From positions 64,001 to 128,000 of the IMG/VR virus record IMGVR_UViG_2706796412_000001: 64,000 bases of DNA; one strand, given 5' to 3'. The DNA comes from Bixzunavirus tonenili (taxonomy: Duplodnaviria; Heunggongvirae; Uroviricota; Caudoviricetes). Made by a program: the position numbers and the translations under genes. Below the pieces are notes generated by a model that saw nothing but the letters and a program-made list of their open reading frames with translations, made no database searches and had not been told where the DNA came from. Below, in pieces: positions 62,624-64,000 of this stretch. The stretch's first letter is position 1. Each line of letters starts with the position of its first letter.

Positions 62624-63473
62624 CCACGACCCAGCCAAGGACGGTCCGTACAAGACCTCCAAGCGTCGACGGCAGATCATGAAGCGCATCTACCAGTACA
62701 TGGAGGAGTGGCGCGCTCAGCAAGAAGACAACGGCATGGAGCCGTTCCTCACCACCGTCGACGGAGAGGTGGTCTACTACTACGACCTCATGGTCGGAAT
62801 TGACACGCTTCCTCCACGTCAGCGGCAGGCGTTTGAGCTAATCTGTCTGCAGAGTTATCCGGAGAGCAAAGCTTGCGAGATCATGCTCCCCAACTCGCAA
62901 TGGTCCGCCATTGTTCAGCAGTACAGTTATGACGGTCTCATTAAGATGATCGCGGCCTATGACGCGGTCCAGGACGGCACATGGGACCCCCAGGCCGCAC
63001 GGAAGAGGCGGCGCTCACCCACGAGGAAGAAGAGGGATGTGACCACGGTGGAGAATCCGGAAGTTCCGGACGACAGTGTTGAACAGCCCGCGACGGCCCC
63101 ACAGTCGGGGCCCCGCCATTGGGACTGGACAACTTGGTCCGAGGATCATGAGTCCTTGGCCAATTACATCACCAGGCACGGAGTCGACATCTCGCCCGCT
63201 CAGGTCAAGGCAGTGTCCTTCCTGCGCAAGGCTTGGTACGAGGACCCCGAGCAGGTCGAAGAACGCAAGCGCCGCCGCGAGGAGCGCAAGCGTGAGCGCG
63301 AGAAGTTCGCAAACGAGACTCCGGAACAGCGCAAGGCCCGCCACCTGGCTGCTCGGAAACTCAAGAGTGCTCAGTTGGCTGAGCAGCGGTACAAAGAGCT
63401 TCAGGACGAGGTCAGGAGTCTGCGCGAGCAGGCAGGCCTTGATCCCGAGACCGGCGAACCCGTTGCCCAGTAG
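62607..63473 (+). CDS. sigma-70 region 4-like HTH protein
   Basis: LPPRQRQAFELICLQSYPESKACEIM. Confidence 0.6.
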   Translation: MGGLPSHDPAKDGPYKTSKRRRQIMKRIYQYMEEWRAQQEDNGMEPFLTTVDGEVVYYYDLMVGIDTLPPRQRQAFELICLQSYPESKACEIMLPNSQWSAIVQQYSYDGLIKMIAAYDAVQDGTWDPQAARKRRRSPTRKKRDVTTVENPEVPDDSVEQPATAPQSGPRHWDWTTWSEDHESLANYITRHGVDISPAQVKAVSFLRKAWYEDPEQVEERKRRREERKREREKFANETPEQRKARHLAARKLKSAQLAEQRYKELQDEVRSLREQAGLDPETGEPVAQ

Positions 63474-63524
63474 TCAGTCGTCACTCGCCACAAGTCGGCA
63501 TCATGACGCGAGAAGAGCGTTTCG

Positions 63525-63839
63525 ATGTCTGTGCTGGACGATTCCGGCCTTACGGCCAGTCTGGAGAAGCGATCCCTTCTGGGAGGCCTGTATAGCGGGG
63601 TGAAGACCGATCTCGAAGAGTTGGCCGATGCCCTCTTGCGCGAAGGTCGGCGTGGAGTGACCGCTCTGTCGGAGAAGAAGGACTATCTCACCAATGAGCA
63701 GCTGGCCCTGCGTCAGCAGCGGGAGGTCCTCAACGACAACGGCTTTCCGGACCCTTCCATCCGCCAGGGTTTGTACCGTCGGTCCTATAACATGAATGTG
63801 GGCAAGAGGCCCTGCAGGAGATCTACAGAGGAGTGGTAG
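63525..63839 (+). CDS. hypothetical protein
   Basis: 104 aa, coiled-coil-like. Confidence 0.55.
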   Translation: MSVLDDSGLTASLEKRSLLGGLYSGVKTDLEELADALLREGRRGVTALSEKKDYLTNEQLALRQQREVLNDNGFPDPSIRQGLYRRSYNMNVGKRPCRRSTEEW

Positions 63840-63842
63840 TCG

Positions 63843-64000
63843 ATGACAGCCCCGCCTAACGCACGACGAGTACGGGGTGTCAGCCGACAGCAGGTGGAAG
63901 CCGACGTCAGTCGCGAGGTCGCGGTCATCCGCAACGAGTACGAGCCTCAGCTGAACAACAATCGGTGCCGCATCTGTCAGCATCCGGACAGCCGAACACG
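63843..64000 (+). CDS. hypothetical protein (partial, runs off window)
   Basis: GAGGAG RBS; RCRICQHPDSR motif. Confidence 0.6.
   Translation, partial: MTAPPNARRVRGVSRQQVEADVSREVAVIRNEYEPQLNNNRCRICQHPDSRT

Overview
The window is part of a large, GC-rich myoviral actinobacteriophage genome. Gene content and order fit a Bxz1-like (cluster C) mycobacteriophage; this is recognised from the sequence, not confirmed by a search. 1-27.6 kb is the virion morphogenesis operon: neck proteins, tail sheath, tube, a -1 frameshifted tail assembly chaperone, tape measure, a baseplate hub carrying lysozyme-like and NlpC/P60 domains, and baseplate J. 27.6-31.5 kb holds small accessory genes around divergent promoters. 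31.6-38.5 kb is a translation island with about 27 recognisable tRNAs (one a probable CUA amber suppressor), a tmRNA, a Pth2-like gene and an inserted beta-lactamase-fold serine hydrolase. Many spacers in this island carry non-canonical tRNA-like or otherwise structured RNAs, including four tandem minimal tRNAs and a circularly permuted YrlA-like mimic. 38.5-64 kb is the replication and recombination region: SNF2-like helicase, kinase, an aminotransferase missing its catalytic Lys, DnaC, DnaB, primase, a J-domain protein, SSB, DnaE, a GGQ release-factor homologue, RecA, Cas4-like nuclease, RusA and a sigma-region-4 protein. The strongest candidates for undescribed biology are the set of non-canonical tRNA mimics and a recurring CTRYAG-N5-CTRYAG motif with 11-bp periodicity at accessory and replication promoters. 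RNA folds and motif alignments were done by eye and start codons are inferred.
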